A DNA stretch of 64,000 nt from Octopus sinensis. Taxonomy: Eukaryota. A program made the position numbers and the translations under genes. The stretch covers positions 95,108,001 to 95,172,000 of the forward strand of contig NC_042999.1 in the NCBI RefSeq assembly GCF_006345805.1, in the 5' to 3' direction. Under the pieces are notes generated by a model. That model saw only the letters and a program-made list of their open reading frames with translations, did no database searches and was not told the origin of the DNA. Within the stretch, counting starts at the first letter, position 1. Each line of letters begins with the position of its first letter. Shown here one piece after another: positions 1 through 13,600 of this stretch.

Positions 1-2030
1 GGGCTGAAGACTGATCCTTGATGAACCCCTACTTCTACCTGGAATTCTCCACTGTACTCATTGCCAACCCTCACCTTACTGACAGCATCCCTGTACATGG
101 CTTGTAAAGCTCTTACCAACCACTCATCTATCGGCAGTTTCCACATTAACCACCAGATAAGGGATCAATGAACCATGTCAAAGGCTTTCTCCAAGTCAAC
201 AAAAGCCAAATACAGAGGTATATCTTTGGCTAGATATTTCTTCTGAAGTTGCCTTACCAGAAATATAGTATCAGTGGTGCATCTGCCTGGCACAAAACCA
301 AACTGCATCTCATCTAGGCTCTCTCCCTAATTAGTTGGGCTATGATCCTCTCTATAACTTTCATCATCTGCTCCAATAATTTGATACCCCTGTAGTTATT
401 TCTATCTAAAGCATCACCTTCACCTTTGTAGCAGTTGATTATAGTGCTGCTACACTAGTCATTGGGTACGACTCCTTCATGAACTATCTGATTTATTATA
501 CGGGTGGCAACACCATAACCCACACCTCCAGATGGGCCAGGTGCTTTCCCTGTCTTCATATCCTTAATTTTTTTATCTGCCAGGGTACTTTCGATTCAGA
601 TAGTTGGTCCCTCAATTGGGTCAACCTTTGGAAGACTCTCCTCCCATTTATTCTCCACATTCAGCAGTCTTTCATAGTGACATCTCCAAACCTCTTTCTT
701 TGCAGAATCATTAAATGCAAGAGTCACATTTCTCTCCTGTGACATTACGGTTTTCTCTTATGCACTGTCTTGCAATCTGAAATACTTCAGTTCTTTGGTC
801 CTCACACTGCTGAACATTGTCAAACTTCTTTTCTGCTACTCCCTTGGCTATATATACCTGTCTCCTAGCTTCCTTTTTGGCTGTCTGATACAGTCCCCTG
901 CTACCCCAACTCTTCCAGGCCTGTTTCTTTGCTCTAATGGCCCTGTCTACAGTATTGTTCCGCCACCATGTTACCCTAGGTCTGGAAGGGACTTTGCACC
1001 AGCCACAGATTTGGTCTGTGGCACTCAGCAAGCTGTCTCACAGGAATTCCCAGCTGCCTTCTATGAAATAGAACTGTAGCTCCTCCTCCTTCTCAGTAAG
1101 GATATCCCTAAATCTCTGACTATGTGAAGAGTTCTTAAGCTTCTAAGTCCTTCTTTTCCAGATTGGTCTGCTTTTTGGCATCCTTCTGGCCTCGAGTCTA
1201 GAGTCACTGATAACTAGTCTATGCTGGGGGGTATATTCTTCATCGGGGAAGGCTTTTGTACTTAAGAGAAACCATGCAGCCCACTGTCTGGTGAGAATGA
1301 AATCAATATGGCTAGCAGAGTCACTTGATTGATAGGTTAACAGGTGGCTAGCTGGCTTCCTGAAGTTGGTGTTGCAGATCAATAGGTTATTTGCATTGCA
1401 GAACTCCAGGAACCTACTTCCCTCTTCATTTCTGGTACCAACTCCCTGGCCCCTATGTACACCATGGAAGATACCAGGATGCTGTCCAACATACCCATTA
1501 AAATCTCCAGTTACAAAGATGAAATCATTGGCACTTGTCTTTGAAGTAGCCTGTGGAAGAATATCATAAAAGTGACACTTCTATACATTTGGTAGTCCTA
1601 CTTGTGGGACATAGGCAGAGATAATAGTAGCTATCCCAGTCTGCAAGACCAGCCTGAGTTTAAGCACTCTAGCCAACATCCTCACTATCTCTATGATCTT
1701 ATCTAACCATTTCTCTGCAAGAAGCATGCCCACACACCCTATTCCATCACTGTTACTTTCCCAGAAGAATTTATGCTTATGTACTTTGCTTGTGAGGACT
1801 CTGGCTGTAGCACCTCTCCACCTTATATCCTCTTATATGCAAAATACATCAACATGTCTCCGTTCAAGCATCTCTAAAATCTCGCTAGACCTACCTTTCA
1901 ATGTGCCTACATTTACAGGGCCAACTCTGAAAACTGGAAAAGAGATATGGGAGGTAACACAGGAAGGAGAGATGTTATTCAGCACCTGAAAAGAAGGTTC
2001 CTGTGATTATTTGGTAACAGACGTCATAAC
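1..2030 (-). mobile_element. Decayed RTE-clade LINE: 5' UTR, APE endonuclease and N-terminal part of reverse transcriptase (runs off window start)
   Basis: Minus-strand translation gives FRVGPVNVGTLKGRSSEILEMLERRHVDVFCI (APE start), LTYQSSDSASHIDFILTR (APE end) and QFGFVPGRCTTDTIFLVRQLQKKYLAKDIPLYLAFVDLEKAFD (RT). Multiple stops and frameshifts. Confidence 0.93.
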
Positions 2031-2227
2031 AGTTGTTCTTGCTTTTAAACTACGTTCAGACAAACATGTTAGAATTGTTAAGGTTGTTGCCTCTACTGGG
2101 GGTAGGAATAAGGAGGCATTCTATATATGAAAGTGTTTTATATTTTCTACAGATTGCTTGCAGCTCACTTTCTTCCTACACTTCGATGCTTGTATCTTAC
2201 ATTAATATATCAATCTACTTATCTATC

Positions 2228-2228
2228 T

Positions 2229-2301
<73 letters not shown>
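2228..2301. repeat. Compound (CT)n(TA)n microsatellite
   Basis: Seen directly; one of dozens of (TA)n, (CA)n and (TACA)n tracts in the window. Confidence 0.98.
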
Positions 2302-2303
<2 letters not shown>

Positions 2304-3245
2304 GTATGTATTTACATATAGTTTTCAGTATTTCTGTATGCAATAGCTAATGCAATAGGTACATAAAGCAGAATTAAAATAATGCAATAAAATATATACA
2401 GATGATATACATACAAGTACATGAGGAAGTATGAATATTAGCACTAAGATATTTATGCATATGTGAATGTGTTATCATGTCATTGTTCATTTTCTATCTT
2501 GATATGATGAATTACCACTCGTCATGATCTTTGAGGTCACCTCTTGAGACCCAGCTTACATGATCTATCACTCATAATGACTCATCATCCTTCCTTTATC
2601 ATGTTGATGTATCACTGTGCTCCTGACCTTCCTTGGCTCTTTGACACTGAGATTAATGTGGTTAATGTTCAGTTTAAACAGCTGCAAGTTAATGCTGGTG
2701 AAAACTTTGTGATTTGGGAAGAAAATTACAGAAGTTTGATATTCTAGGAGAAAAGACTGAGAAAATTGATTAGTACTAAAAGGAAAGATAGGCTTGAGAG
2801 AAGAGTTTTAAGGAAGATTACATACAACTAGCTACCTCTGTCGGGCAGAGATAGTTGTTGTAATGATAAAAGAAACTAAATGTGGAAACATCCCATTTGT
2901 GGGTCTGAGGTTGGGTGTTTATCCAGTTCCCATTAATTCTTTGTGGGCTACAGGCTATGTAAGAGGGGCTTACACAAGTATCAGTCCTCTTGTTGAAACT
3001 AACAAGAATTAGCTTGTGTTAAACAACCAAGTGGCTTTCTTCTTGATGAAAACTAGGAAGATTTTGGGTGCTTTGAAGCAGGGCTGATCCAAATGTGGAA
3101 GCAACATTCTATTGTGTATATGTTAATATACTTGACCCCAGTACTTGACTGTAACTTATTTTATTTATCCTGGAAAGATGAAAAGCAGATTTGGCCACAG
3201 CTGAATTTGAACCAATATTAATAATGATAATGATGATAATAATGA

Positions 3246-3455
3246 TTTCAAATTTTGGCACAAAGCCAGCAATTTTAGGGGCAGTGTTACATCAATTACA
3301 TTGATCCCAATGATCAAGTGTTACTTCTTTTATTGACTCCTAAAGGATGAAAGCTTAAATCGACCCTGGTGGAATTTAAATTCAGAATGTAAAGACAGGT
3401 GAGATGCCATTAAGCATTTTGCCCAGCATGCAAACAATTTTACCAGCTTGCCACT
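3246..3455 (-). mobile_element. SINE family A copy (tRNA-like head, (ATT)n-type tail)
   Basis: Reverse complement matches the + strand copy at 6158-6388; shares the core cctttcatcctttcggggtcgataaat. Confidence 0.85.
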
Positions 3456-3459
3456 TTCA

Positions 3460-3718
3460 TCATCATCATCATCGTCCGTTCTCCAGAAGGCTGCACCAGG
3501 CTCCAGTCTGATCTGGCAGTGTTACTACAGCTGGATGCCCTTCATAACACCAACCACTCCGTGAGTGTAGTGGGTGCTTTTTACGTGCCACCGGCACAGG
3601 TGCCAGGTGAGGCTGGCAACAGCCATGATTGGATTGGTGCTTTTTACGTGCCACCAGCACAGAAGCCAGTCAAGGCAGCGCTGGCATCGGCCAGTCAAGG
3701 CGGCGCTAGCCAACAACA
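3460..3718 (-). mobile_element. RTE LINE 3'-end fragment with (GAT)n tail
   Basis: catcatcatcgtcc...ctgcaccaggctccagtctgatctggcagtg...ctggatgcccttc matches the 3' UTR of the RTE at 41979-42370. Confidence 0.9.
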
Positions 3719-3802
3719 ACAATAACAATGATAATAACAATGATGATAACAATAGCAACAATAATAATAACAACAACAACAACAATAATAATAATAATGA
3801 TA
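3716..3802. repeat. (AAC/AAT)n trinucleotide tract
   Basis: Seen directly; source of the poly-N and poly-L pseudo-ORFs. Confidence 0.95.
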
Positions 3803-4827
3803 ATGGGCTACAGCAAATATTCTACTCAATATTGCCTATTGGTTTGACTTTAACCAGTTGAGTGTGTCCCTTAGTGGCTGACTAAAAGAAGATAGGTTGT
3901 TTCTAACTTTGGCTCAAGGTCACAAATTTTAGAAGAGGGATAGTCAATTAAACACACCCCAGTATATCTGATTATTTTAAAAGCATGGGGAAAATGAAAG
4001 GCAAAGTTAACCATGATGGGATTTGAACTCAGAATATGAAATATGTTCAACTAAATATTGCAAAGCATTTAATCAGTCACTCTACTGTAATGTATTACAT
4101 TATATAACATAATATAAAAATAGAGAGAGAATGAGAAAAAGATAAAAGGAGGGGTGCCAAAGAGAAAGAGAAAAGAAAAGTGCTCATATACTCGTAGTAA
4201 CTTTAGCATGTGAGATGATGTGTTAAAAGTAGAAATATTATTGCTTATTGATTTCACTTTCAACAAACTGTTTTTATCTATTTATTTACATATTTTGCTT
4301 TTTCTGATTTCTTTTCTTTCTTTTGTGTTATGTCTACATCGATGTAAAATATATTGCAATAGATTTGGGAATTTTAATGGTGATGGTTATAACTTACTGA
4401 TTCAGAATATTTGTTTACTCTAAACTAGAGATAACAGGTTACTCTCCTTTAACAGCATACAGCTTAGTGCCACTGATTATATCCTGACCACTAGCTCATA
4501 GAAAATACTTTAGCTCGGCTCTGAATAGTTATTATAGATTTCATTCAATAAAAGGCTATTTCACTCATTAGCAAACCTCCACTTACCAACTAGCAATGAC
4601 CATAAGTCCAAAGATATGCTATTTTTATTTTTATTTCTTCTTCTAGTGTTAGTGAAGCATTATCAGCAGCAGCATTGCTGTTCTTAATGTCTGGCCCATG
4701 GTGAAATGCAGCCAACCATGTCAAAGAATTGGGCTTCTTACATGTACAGCCTGCTTGTTTGTTTCACTAGTATTATCATTGCCATTACAGAAGCTAATAG
4801 TTGGCTACATGTAAACATGACAAAACA

Positions 4828-5042
4828 TTGGTTTCAAATGTTGGCACAAGGCCAGCAATTTCAGATAAGAGAGTAAGTTGATTACATCAACCCCAGTGGT
4901 CAACTGGGGTTATTTTACTTATTTTACTGACCCTGAAAGGATGACAGGCAAAATCAACCTTGGCAGAACTTGAACTCAGAACATTAAGTTGGAAAAAATG
5001 TCACTAAGCTTTTTTTCCAATGCAGTAACAATTCTGCCAGTT
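4828..5042 (-). mobile_element. SINE family A copy
   Basis: Same core motifs (acatcaaccccagtg, gaccctgaaaggatga, aactcagaa). Confidence 0.85.
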
Positions 5043-5329
5043 AATTTAATGCTGCTTTAAATCATGACAAAATATTTAGAAACTTAAAAATGGAAAGAAG
5101 TTGGATTTTATTCTGCATTTTGGCTCCAATATTATCTTTCTGGGAACATGTGGGATGCATTGCTTTTTGTTTTTTAAGATTAATTACAAGGTCATTATTA
5201 AGCCTGGAGGATATGGTATTGTATCAAAGTCATACATAACATAGTTCATGAGTTCAAATTTGCTGGACATATGTGTAAATTTATTTAATATGTATGAGAC
5301 AAGAGAACCTCTACATGGTAGCTCAGTCT

Positions 5330-5490
5330 ATTAACAATAACAGCTAAAGTTTTCTCAAGGCAAATCTCACCATCTTAGGAAAGGAATGATACATAGGATT
5401 ATCTTACAAAAACATAGGATGGGCATGGTCTAAATGTTTTTGGTCATAGATCTACTCAACTAGGATTGACCTAGAGCTAAACAATATCAT
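5330..5490 (-). repeat. Interspersed repeat family C (unclassified, about 200 bp); other copies about 10690-10860, 19215-19720 (split), 40470-40680 and 63140-63330
   Basis: Shared motifs ttgtttaaccccag.tcagccctgat...atgatcaaa and gatttggctgctatttctag seen in all copies by eye. Confidence 0.65.
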
Positions 5491-5729
5491 GTGAACATTA
5501 TGGAATAAAATCCAGAATCTGAAGAAATTAGTGATGATTTATGTGTGTCAACAACAACTGGTGTTAACAATTAGCAGAGCCATTTAACAGTATCATAGGC
5601 TTCAAGAAGAGCAATGCACTGGGACTGCTATGTACTCAATCACAGCATACAGAGTTTAGCATTTTATTGCCAATATATCTATACTTTAGATGGGCTTAAT
5701 AAGTTCAGCTGTGATTCTTTTTTTTTCTT

Positions 5730-6138
5730 TTTTACCTTTTCTTACATGTTTCAGTCATTGGACAACAGCTCATACAGGGACACTACCTTGAAGGGTTTTG
5801 TAAAAAGAAAATCGATCATAGGATTTATATTTTAAGTTTGGGACTTATTCTATCAGTTTTGGGGGTTTTACTGAATCACTATGTTATTGGGATGTAAACA
5901 AACCAATATCGTTTATCAAGCATTGGTGGGGAGCAAAGACAAGCACAAAGACCCAAACACACATGTATACATGATAGGCTTCCACACAGTATCCATTTAC
6001 CAAATTCACTCACAAGGAATCAGATCAACCCAGGTCTATTATAGAAGGCACTTACCCCAGGTGCAACACTGCTGGAACTGAACATGGAACTATGTGGCTG
6101 CAAAGTGAACTTCTTAACCACACAGCCATATTTGCACC
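5730..6138 (-). mobile_element. SINE family B copy (tRNA head, CORE-like block, gactgaaacaagtaaaaga tail)
   Basis: Reverse complement matches the + strand copy at 34259-35017. Confidence 0.85.
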
Positions 6139-6157
6139 AAGATTATATAACAAATAT

Positions 6158-6388
6158 CGGCGAGCTGGCAGAAATGTTAGCGTGCCAGGCGAAATGCTTA
6201 GCGGTATTTCATCTGTCGTTGTGTTCTGAGTTCAAATTCTGACAAGGTCGACTTTGCCTTTCATCCTTTCGGGGTCGATAAATAAAGTACCAGTTTCACA
6301 CTGGGGTCGATGTAATCAACTTAATCCCTTTGTCTGTCCTTGTTTCTCCCCTCTATGATTAGCCCCTAGTGGGTAGTAAAGAAATATA
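6158..6388 (+). mobile_element. SINE family A, well-preserved copy
   Basis: ggcgagctggcagaaatgttagc (A-box-like), gagttcaaattc (B-box-like), then ggtcgactttgcctttcatcctttcggggtcgataaataaagtaccag. At least 10 related copies in the window. Confidence 0.9.
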
Positions 6389-7267
6389 TATAACAAATAT
6401 CATTAATTGGAAAAAGATTGTCCAACCTACAGCCAGGATAAATAAACTAACAACAGTATGCTAAGGCTTTCATCCAGCAATGAATTGACAAAAGTTGAAG
6501 AGATTCTTTGAAATATTGATCAATGATGGCAAACTCATATCACTAAAAGAGTACAGCTATCTACTGGGTATCAGTGGAAGTTTTCTCCTGGATTTATTTG
6601 CAATACTTCTAATCAAACTAAAGACTAGCTGAATATATTAACATCAGATATTATCGATACACTTAGGCTAAGGCGAAAAATGTTTGCTTCTATACTTTTC
6701 ACATTTGAACTCTCATCTGAACATTATCAAGCTCTCCAATCAAATTCTCCTGTGTGAATATTAACTACGATAGACTGGCAAGTCATACAAGAGAGAAGGT
6801 TATTTGACTCTCAATTAATTAATAATTACAGAAACCAGAATTAAGAACTAGTTCTATAGACTGCTGCAATTTATGAAAGGATTAATTAAACTATCATTGA
6901 GGGAATGTGTGAGTATGTGTGTGTGACTGCATGCTATTGAATAAATCTGTGTTGTGTGTGTATATTATTACAAAAATGTGTATATATACATTTTTGAAGG
7001 TATGTATATTTGTGTGTGTGTGTATGTATCATTGCAAGAATGTGTGAGTGTTTGTGTGTGTTACACATGTGTAAGGTAGACATGTGGAAGTGAAATAAAT
7101 GAGTATGGATTACTGAAGATTTGGATATATTTCCATGAATGTTTGTGCATACATTATGTATATGTCTGTTAGTGTTCATAATTGCTACTGTCTGTCAACT
7201 TAAACAATCGAATCACCTCAAGAGAAGCCTGAATAAATAATCTCTCTCACCTTCCCCCAGACACATT

Positions 7268-7278
7268 ATCTCTCTCTT

Positions 7279-7316
<38 letters not shown>

Positions 7317-7536
7317 TTTCTCCCTCTCCCTCTCTTTCTCTCTCTTTCTCCCTCTCTTTTCCCTCTCTCTTTCTCTCTCTCCCTCTCTCTCTCCCATACA
7401 CTCAACCTCTACCATAGACTCTCTACCCACCTTACACTCTCTTTCCTATACACATATACTTATTCCCCCAACCGCACCCTCTTTCTGTCTCACTTAGTTC
7501 TCTCTCTATCTATCTAGGATCTAACTATATTTCTGC

Positions 7537-7604
<68 letters not shown>

Positions 7605-7622
7605 TTATCTATCTATCTCTTT
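7268..7622. repeat. Polypyrimidine (CT)n-rich tract followed by (TCTG)n/(TCTA)n
   Basis: Seen directly. Confidence 0.95.
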
Positions 7623-8156
7623 TCTCAGTAGCTTGATCTGAATATCATGTGTGTGTTGCTACTTTGCCATTAAGTCCAGCATTACTCAAAAGCCATGTGT
7701 GAGAAGGTTAGAATTCTGTATGGGTGATGAATTTACAAGGTTTGACAAGCCAACAAGTGTAACTTTAAGTGGTTGCTTAAGCTGCTTAAAAAAAGCAGCT
7801 AAATTCTCTTAAAAGGAAAGATACAGTGAACAATGTACAAAATACAAATGTGGCAAAATAAGAAATAAAAATGTAAATATGCAAAAAAGACAAGATGGTC
7901 ACTTTTGGAATGTTTTTGATCATGGTTATGCAATCAGAAGTGAATGGAAGATAACCAAAAGCAAACTTCAGTTGATATCTGCTGTAACAGTCAGTGAGTG
8001 TCTTGCCTTGCATTGGTTGTTGTTGTTACTGCTATTTAGCTATAGGTCTGTCCTGATATTACAGACCTATGATAAAAGGTATTCTAGTCATGATTATCTC
8101 ATATTTTGTTTATGTGTAGGGAAGCCAGGAACATGTTAATAGCAATAATCATGATA

Positions 8157-8307
8157 GGCTTAGGCGTGGCTGAGTTGCACATGGTTCCCGGTTCAGTCTC
8201 TCAGCATGGCACCTTGAGCAAGTGCCTTCTACTATAGCCTCAGGTCAACCAAAGCCTTGTGAGTGGATTTGGTAGAGAGACACAAAAAGAAGCCTATTGT
8301 ATATATG

Positions 8308-8310
<3 letters not shown>
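8157..8310 (+). mobile_element. SINE family B head
   Basis: taggcgtggctgag...ggttcagtc...ggcaccttgagcaagtgccttctactatagcc...tgagtggatttggtag. Confidence 0.85.
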
Positions 8311-8354
<44 letters not shown>

Positions 8355-8356
<2 letters not shown>

Positions 8357-8714
8357 ACAATAATTCTAGGATGGAATATATAAATATTTAATACATGACT
8401 ATACACATTTCCACAAATCACATGACCTTAACATCAAGGTCCGTAACCATGAGAGGATTACAGTATTGTTTGTAGTGGAAGAATCACAGAGGGATTACAG
8501 TATAGTCTAGTGGAAGAATCACAAGGGATATTTATCTCTTCTTGTTAGTATGAAGGGATTAACATCCCTCTGTGATTCATCCACTAATGCAGTTTTGCCT
8601 GAATGAATCAACGATGATGATCAACCAGATGCCCATGTATACTATGGATTATACTGTAATCATCCCAAGGATATAAACCTTGATGTTATAAATTTCATCC
8701 TAGAATTATTGCTA
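8355..8714. mobile_element. MITE-like foldback element with 23-bp TIRs and subterminal repeats
   Basis: taacaataattctaggatggaat (8355-8377) vs reverse complement of 8692-8714, 2 mismatches. Inner inverted matches taacatcaaggt, ggattacagtat and agtgga(a/t)gaatcacagaggga. Confidence 0.75.
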
Positions 8715-9261
8715 TGATTATATTTATCTTACATTATATCAGTATAGCCATGATGCAACCCTGAAAAACTGACTCACTAGTCAGTATCATTAGACAGTAG
8801 CCAACATAATGATATAGGAGCTTTATTTGCATACCCTTAACATTACAACAAACGAATTTAAATGATGTGTGTGTGTGTCTCTGTGTGTAGAAGGTTGAAA
8901 CGTAACACACAAATTGATATGTACAAGGAAAATAAGACAAGATAGAAAATGCAAAAATAATTTTATCAGGAAATACATTTTGTACCAGTTTCAGTCTTTT
9001 TGACTTTCCAGCTAAGAGTAAAACAGGAAATACTATTAAATTGGAGAAAAAATTAAATGAAATGTTTTGCAAATATTCCCATAGTCTTCAAATAGGTAGG
9101 GCATTTTCCTTTTTACTGTCTGTCTGTCTCTCTCTCTTTTCCGTTGTGAAGGTTCTGTAGGTAGTTGCAGATCTAAAAACAATAGTGCTTATGGGTGCAA
9201 AGAAATGTTGGCTCTGAAGTTTGAAGGTTTAAGCAGCAGCAACCAAAGCAGGAGACAGTGA

Positions 9262-9362
9262 AGGAGAAGAAGGGGAGGAGGAGGAGGAGAAGAAGAAGAA
9301 GAAGAAGAAGAAGAAGAAGAAGAAGAAGAAGAAGAAGAAGAAGAAGAAGAAGAAGAAGAAAA
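9262..9362. repeat. (GAG)n(GAA)n polypurine microsatellite
   Basis: More than 20 uninterrupted GAA units. Confidence 0.98.
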
Positions 9363-9889
9363 GGAAAAGACAGGAATGGTATGACCTAGTAGTAGAGGCT
9401 GTTCCTGGAATCTTCTTTAATGGTCAAGTGATCTAAAAGTGACCTGTTGTGGCTCTAGCAGTAGTAGTGAGAAGTGTTCTAAATAAATTAATGGGTTCTT
9501 AACATATCTACCGTTTTTAATATTTACAAGCATATTATTCTAAGATCCATGTAGTAGTGTTATCTGTAGTGGAAGCATTCAAAAGAACAATGAGGATGTG
9601 ACAACTGGAGGAAGAGGAAGCTACACCAGCACTTAACTGGTACTTGTTTTCAACTGAGCAGACTGGTGTAAAGTGAAATCAAATGCCTTGTTCAAAGATA
9701 TGATGCACTGTCTGATTCAGAAATCTAACCCATAACCTTATGTTTACAATTTCAGTACCCTAAGTTTCATGCCTTCACAATAACCATGATATATAATTGA
9801 AAAATTAGTGACTTAAAATATTAAACTGACTAAATATGGTAAAAATGCTCATGGTAATAACAATGATATGACATTAATAATATTTTCTA

Positions 9890-10288
9890 GTTAAGGCACA
9901 GGATCAGAAATTTTTAGTGGGATGGGTTTAGTTAATTACATCGACTCTAGTGCTTGACTGCTATTTATTGACCAAAGGAATGAAAAGCAAAGTCAACCTC
10001 AGCAGTTTTAGAATTCAGAATATAAAGCCAGAAGAATTGTCACTAAGCATTTTGTCCAGCACAGTTGTGATTCTGCAAGTTTGATAATTTTTTTTTACTA
10101 TAAGCAGAAGGCCTGAAATTTTGGGAGAAGGGCTAATCAGTTACATCAACCCCAGTGTTCAACTGGTACTTATTCTCTCAATACCAAAACGATGAAAGGC
10201 AAAGTCGACCTCTACATAATTCTAACTCAGAATGTCAAGTTTCAGATGAAATGTGACCAAGCATTTTGTCCAATATGCAAACAATACT

Positions 10289-10330
<42 letters not shown>

Positions 10331-10530
10331 TAATGGTTTCGATTTTAGAGTGTAGAACAATGTCAATGACACCAATGCCACTGCTCAACTGGTACTTATT
10401 TTTTATTGACCTCTAAAGGATCAAAGACAAAATTGATTTTCATGGTATCTGAGCTTAGCATATAAAGAGATGAAAGGAATACCACTTTGCATTTTGTCTG
10501 AAGCACAGATGATTCTGCCAGCTTGTTACC
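9890..10530 (-). mobile_element. Cluster of three decayed SINE family A copies separated by (AGT)n
   Basis: Core motif repeated at about 9940, 10140 and 10380. Confidence 0.8.
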
Positions 10531-10554
10531 TTCATAATGATGATAATAATAATA

Positions 10555-10614
<60 letters not shown>

Positions 10615-13600
10615 CAGCAACAATAATAACACAAGGCCTGAAATTTGGAGGCTCCTCTTACTTGAAGTCTCTTTTATTGCTTGCTCTAACCTCCAAGACC
10701 TCCCTAATTGAGCTGATTTATGATCAAATATGTTCCAACCAGGATAAGCCTATCTTTTGATATGTCTAAGATGACATTGTGCAGTTTACCTTTCCCTTTT
10801 TAGCAAAAGTAGAGTGTAATTTGAGGAAATTGCCTACTGTTTCTAGTAGTTCAAATGAAGTGACTGTGTAGGTACTCCATCGTTAGCTTGATGTATGTGT
10901 TGCTGCTCTCGTCAGACATCATCAAAACTGGCATTAATGTTCAGTTCAATTGTTACAATTTCAGTCAACAGTGTTTTTTGACCAAGATTTTTACATCAGC
11001 AACTTTCCTTTTATTTCATTACACAAAGATATTGAGTTAAGCATGTCGGATTCCATTTGTTCTGAAGCAAAAATATTTTATTATTACAACAAACTGAAGG
11101 ATCTTAAATTATATTAGAATTTTTTATTTCCTTTTTGACAAATGGAAATAGACTAAAAACAAATATAAAAAGAATAAATTCAAAATTTCTATTATAAGAT
11201 TTGTGTAATAGTTCTGAATTAAAAATATATATATATATATTAAAATGTTCCATAAATTTTAGTCCAGAAATTAATTTTATCAAAACTGCTTGATCAAATT
11301 TAGTGAAAAACTTTAATGAAAGTTAAATCTAATTTACTTTTGGAATATTTCATCATTTCTGATATTCTACCATGAAGGATCTGACTTCTTAACTATGATG
11401 AAAATTTTAAAATAATATCATCAGCATCAATAACAACAAAACCAACAAAAGGTTATCACTGAATAGAATAATTAAGAAAAGTGAAGAAATTAAAACAATA
11501 AAACAAAACATGAGCTCATTGAGAAAATAGAAAATGTTTCACTAAACATGATTAGCAAAATATTTTATTGGCAAGTGAGTTTAACAATCAGTTGTGTGAT
11601 TGAAAATCTAAAATAAAATTAAAATATTCAGGAAATATGTTATTGGTTATCAAACTCATGATAGACCATTAATATGATGGCTTTCAGATGAAGATTGGAG
11701 AAATTAAATGCAAAAGAAGAACAACAGAAAATTTATTCAGAATTTGTCAATAAATGCATAGAAATTTTCTTTAGAAAATCTTAAGTTGAATAGTGAAGAC
11801 TTCATTACAGAGTGAGATATGGCATCAAATCAAGACCAATTTAATTTCCAGAAAAGAAAAAGAAAACTTTAATAGATTTTTTTTTCATTACTAAATTTCT
11901 CAGATCTAAATATTTTTGAAGAATATTCTGTGATGGACAAAGTGAAAAGGCAAAGATTGTGAAATTTGAGCCAAAATTGTAACAGAATTTATCAGTAAAG
12001 ATACTGGAAACCTTAAAAAAAGTTTGAAGTGTTAATTTTAGTAATTTTTCCATAATTTAAGATAAAATTATGTTACTTTGGTACAGAAATGTTAATAAGA
12101 ATATCTTACATAGCCAAGTTCACATAGATTCAAGTGTACCGTATCAGCAACCAAGTCTTCATATTCTATTAGTGCCATTTCTCTTTACAACCCTAATTTT
12201 GAAGTTGTACTTGTCTGACAAGTGATTTCATATGAGATCGTGTTTTAGAACTTAGGTCATTACAGCATGGAAGACTTTCAAAACCATGCAGAAACTTTTA
12301 ACTTCATTAATCATTTATTTTTTGGTGTCAAAATTTTCATAGCACTTTCTACAATCCGGTCACTGACCTTGTTACACTACAACTAGTTTGGAACTTGGTT
12401 ACTGATCAATTTATAATGGCATCAGCATTTCAAATTAATTATTCTTTTTTTCTTTAGTGAACTTGATAGTTTCTCTATGTCTAAGAATAGCTAAAATATG
12501 TTTTCTATGCTGTAATTGCATATAATTCCACAGTTATCAGTTTCCCTTCTATTGAGTTTGTTCTGGTTTTGATTTTAAATTTTAGTCATTTCCTGTGCTT
12601 GGATTGCTAATGATCTTCAGACAGTCATAAACATTACCAGCTTTTATTCTCAGCACAAATCCAGTTAAGCTTCAAGAATGTTTAGCCCAAGTAGCACTAA
12701 AAGAAGTTTTCATATAGAAAATACATAATAATGTTACTATCTATTGTCCATACTGACATCAGCTCCATTGGTGAGGAGTCAAGGTTGAGTCAACCTTGAA
12801 TCCTCAAATCAGTAAGTCCAGAAGGACATGGAAATTTGAATTCTTGTATTTGTTTGATTTGCATCTAACAGTCACAAAGGCTTTTAAAATTGCCACAAAA
12901 AATATTTTTGAAGATGAAATTAATACCATGCACAAATGGTAGGGATGCATGGTAGGATAATGTTATTTTGCTTAAAAATTTATGCAAGGATAATTTTGAT
13001 TAGAAACAAATTTTTTTCAGCATCACCAAGATGACAAAGAATAGAAATCCCCACTAAGCATTACTGATACATATTTCATTGACATGGGAAGAGAATTAAG
13101 ATCTGGTCTAAATATCAGAAAGAATATAAAAATATTCTACTTCACCTCTTTAACATCCTTATCTAGCACCATTATCACCTCTCTACTACCATTATCATTA
13201 TCCTTGTTTATCTTACTAATGGTATTAAATGGTTGAGAATTTATGTAAGCACATTAGGTTGTGTTGATAAAGATATCAAAAGGATTAGAGTCCTTACAAG
13301 TGAAGGTACATCAGCTTATTTCGATAAAGATATTAAAAAGGTCAGAAACCCCATAAACTGACTATTTTATCTTGGTAATGATATCAATAGGTGAGAATCC
13401 GTACAAATGAAACACACTTTACAAATACTAATGATGATGAGGATGATGATAGATGTTATCATATAAGCTGAGGCTCATCTAACTTGTATAATAAGCAAGC
13501 TGGCTTATATTGGCAATGATATCTGGTCATAATGACTGATATTGAATGCACCAAAATAATGTAAGAAATGATGTTTCCATGGGTATTTATTTGTGAATAA

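Noticed and set aside
6158-6260. tRNA-like sequence with A/B boxes
   Set aside because: Head of a multi-copy SINE; no complete cloverleaf.
7879-8139. 86-aa ORF MQKRQDGHFWNVFDHG with an internal gtgagt donor
   Set aside because: No acceptor or promoter context and no recognisable domain; the length is within chance expectation.
11600-12200. Possible decayed hAT/Buster transposase
   Set aside because: Only vague similarity, many stops in all frames, and no diagnostic motif recovered.
13262-13425. CRISPR-like repeat-spacer appearance (also 32068-32342 and 42150-42365)
   Set aside because: Repeats are degenerate, spacers are not unique or regular, there are no cas genes, and the context is eukaryotic.
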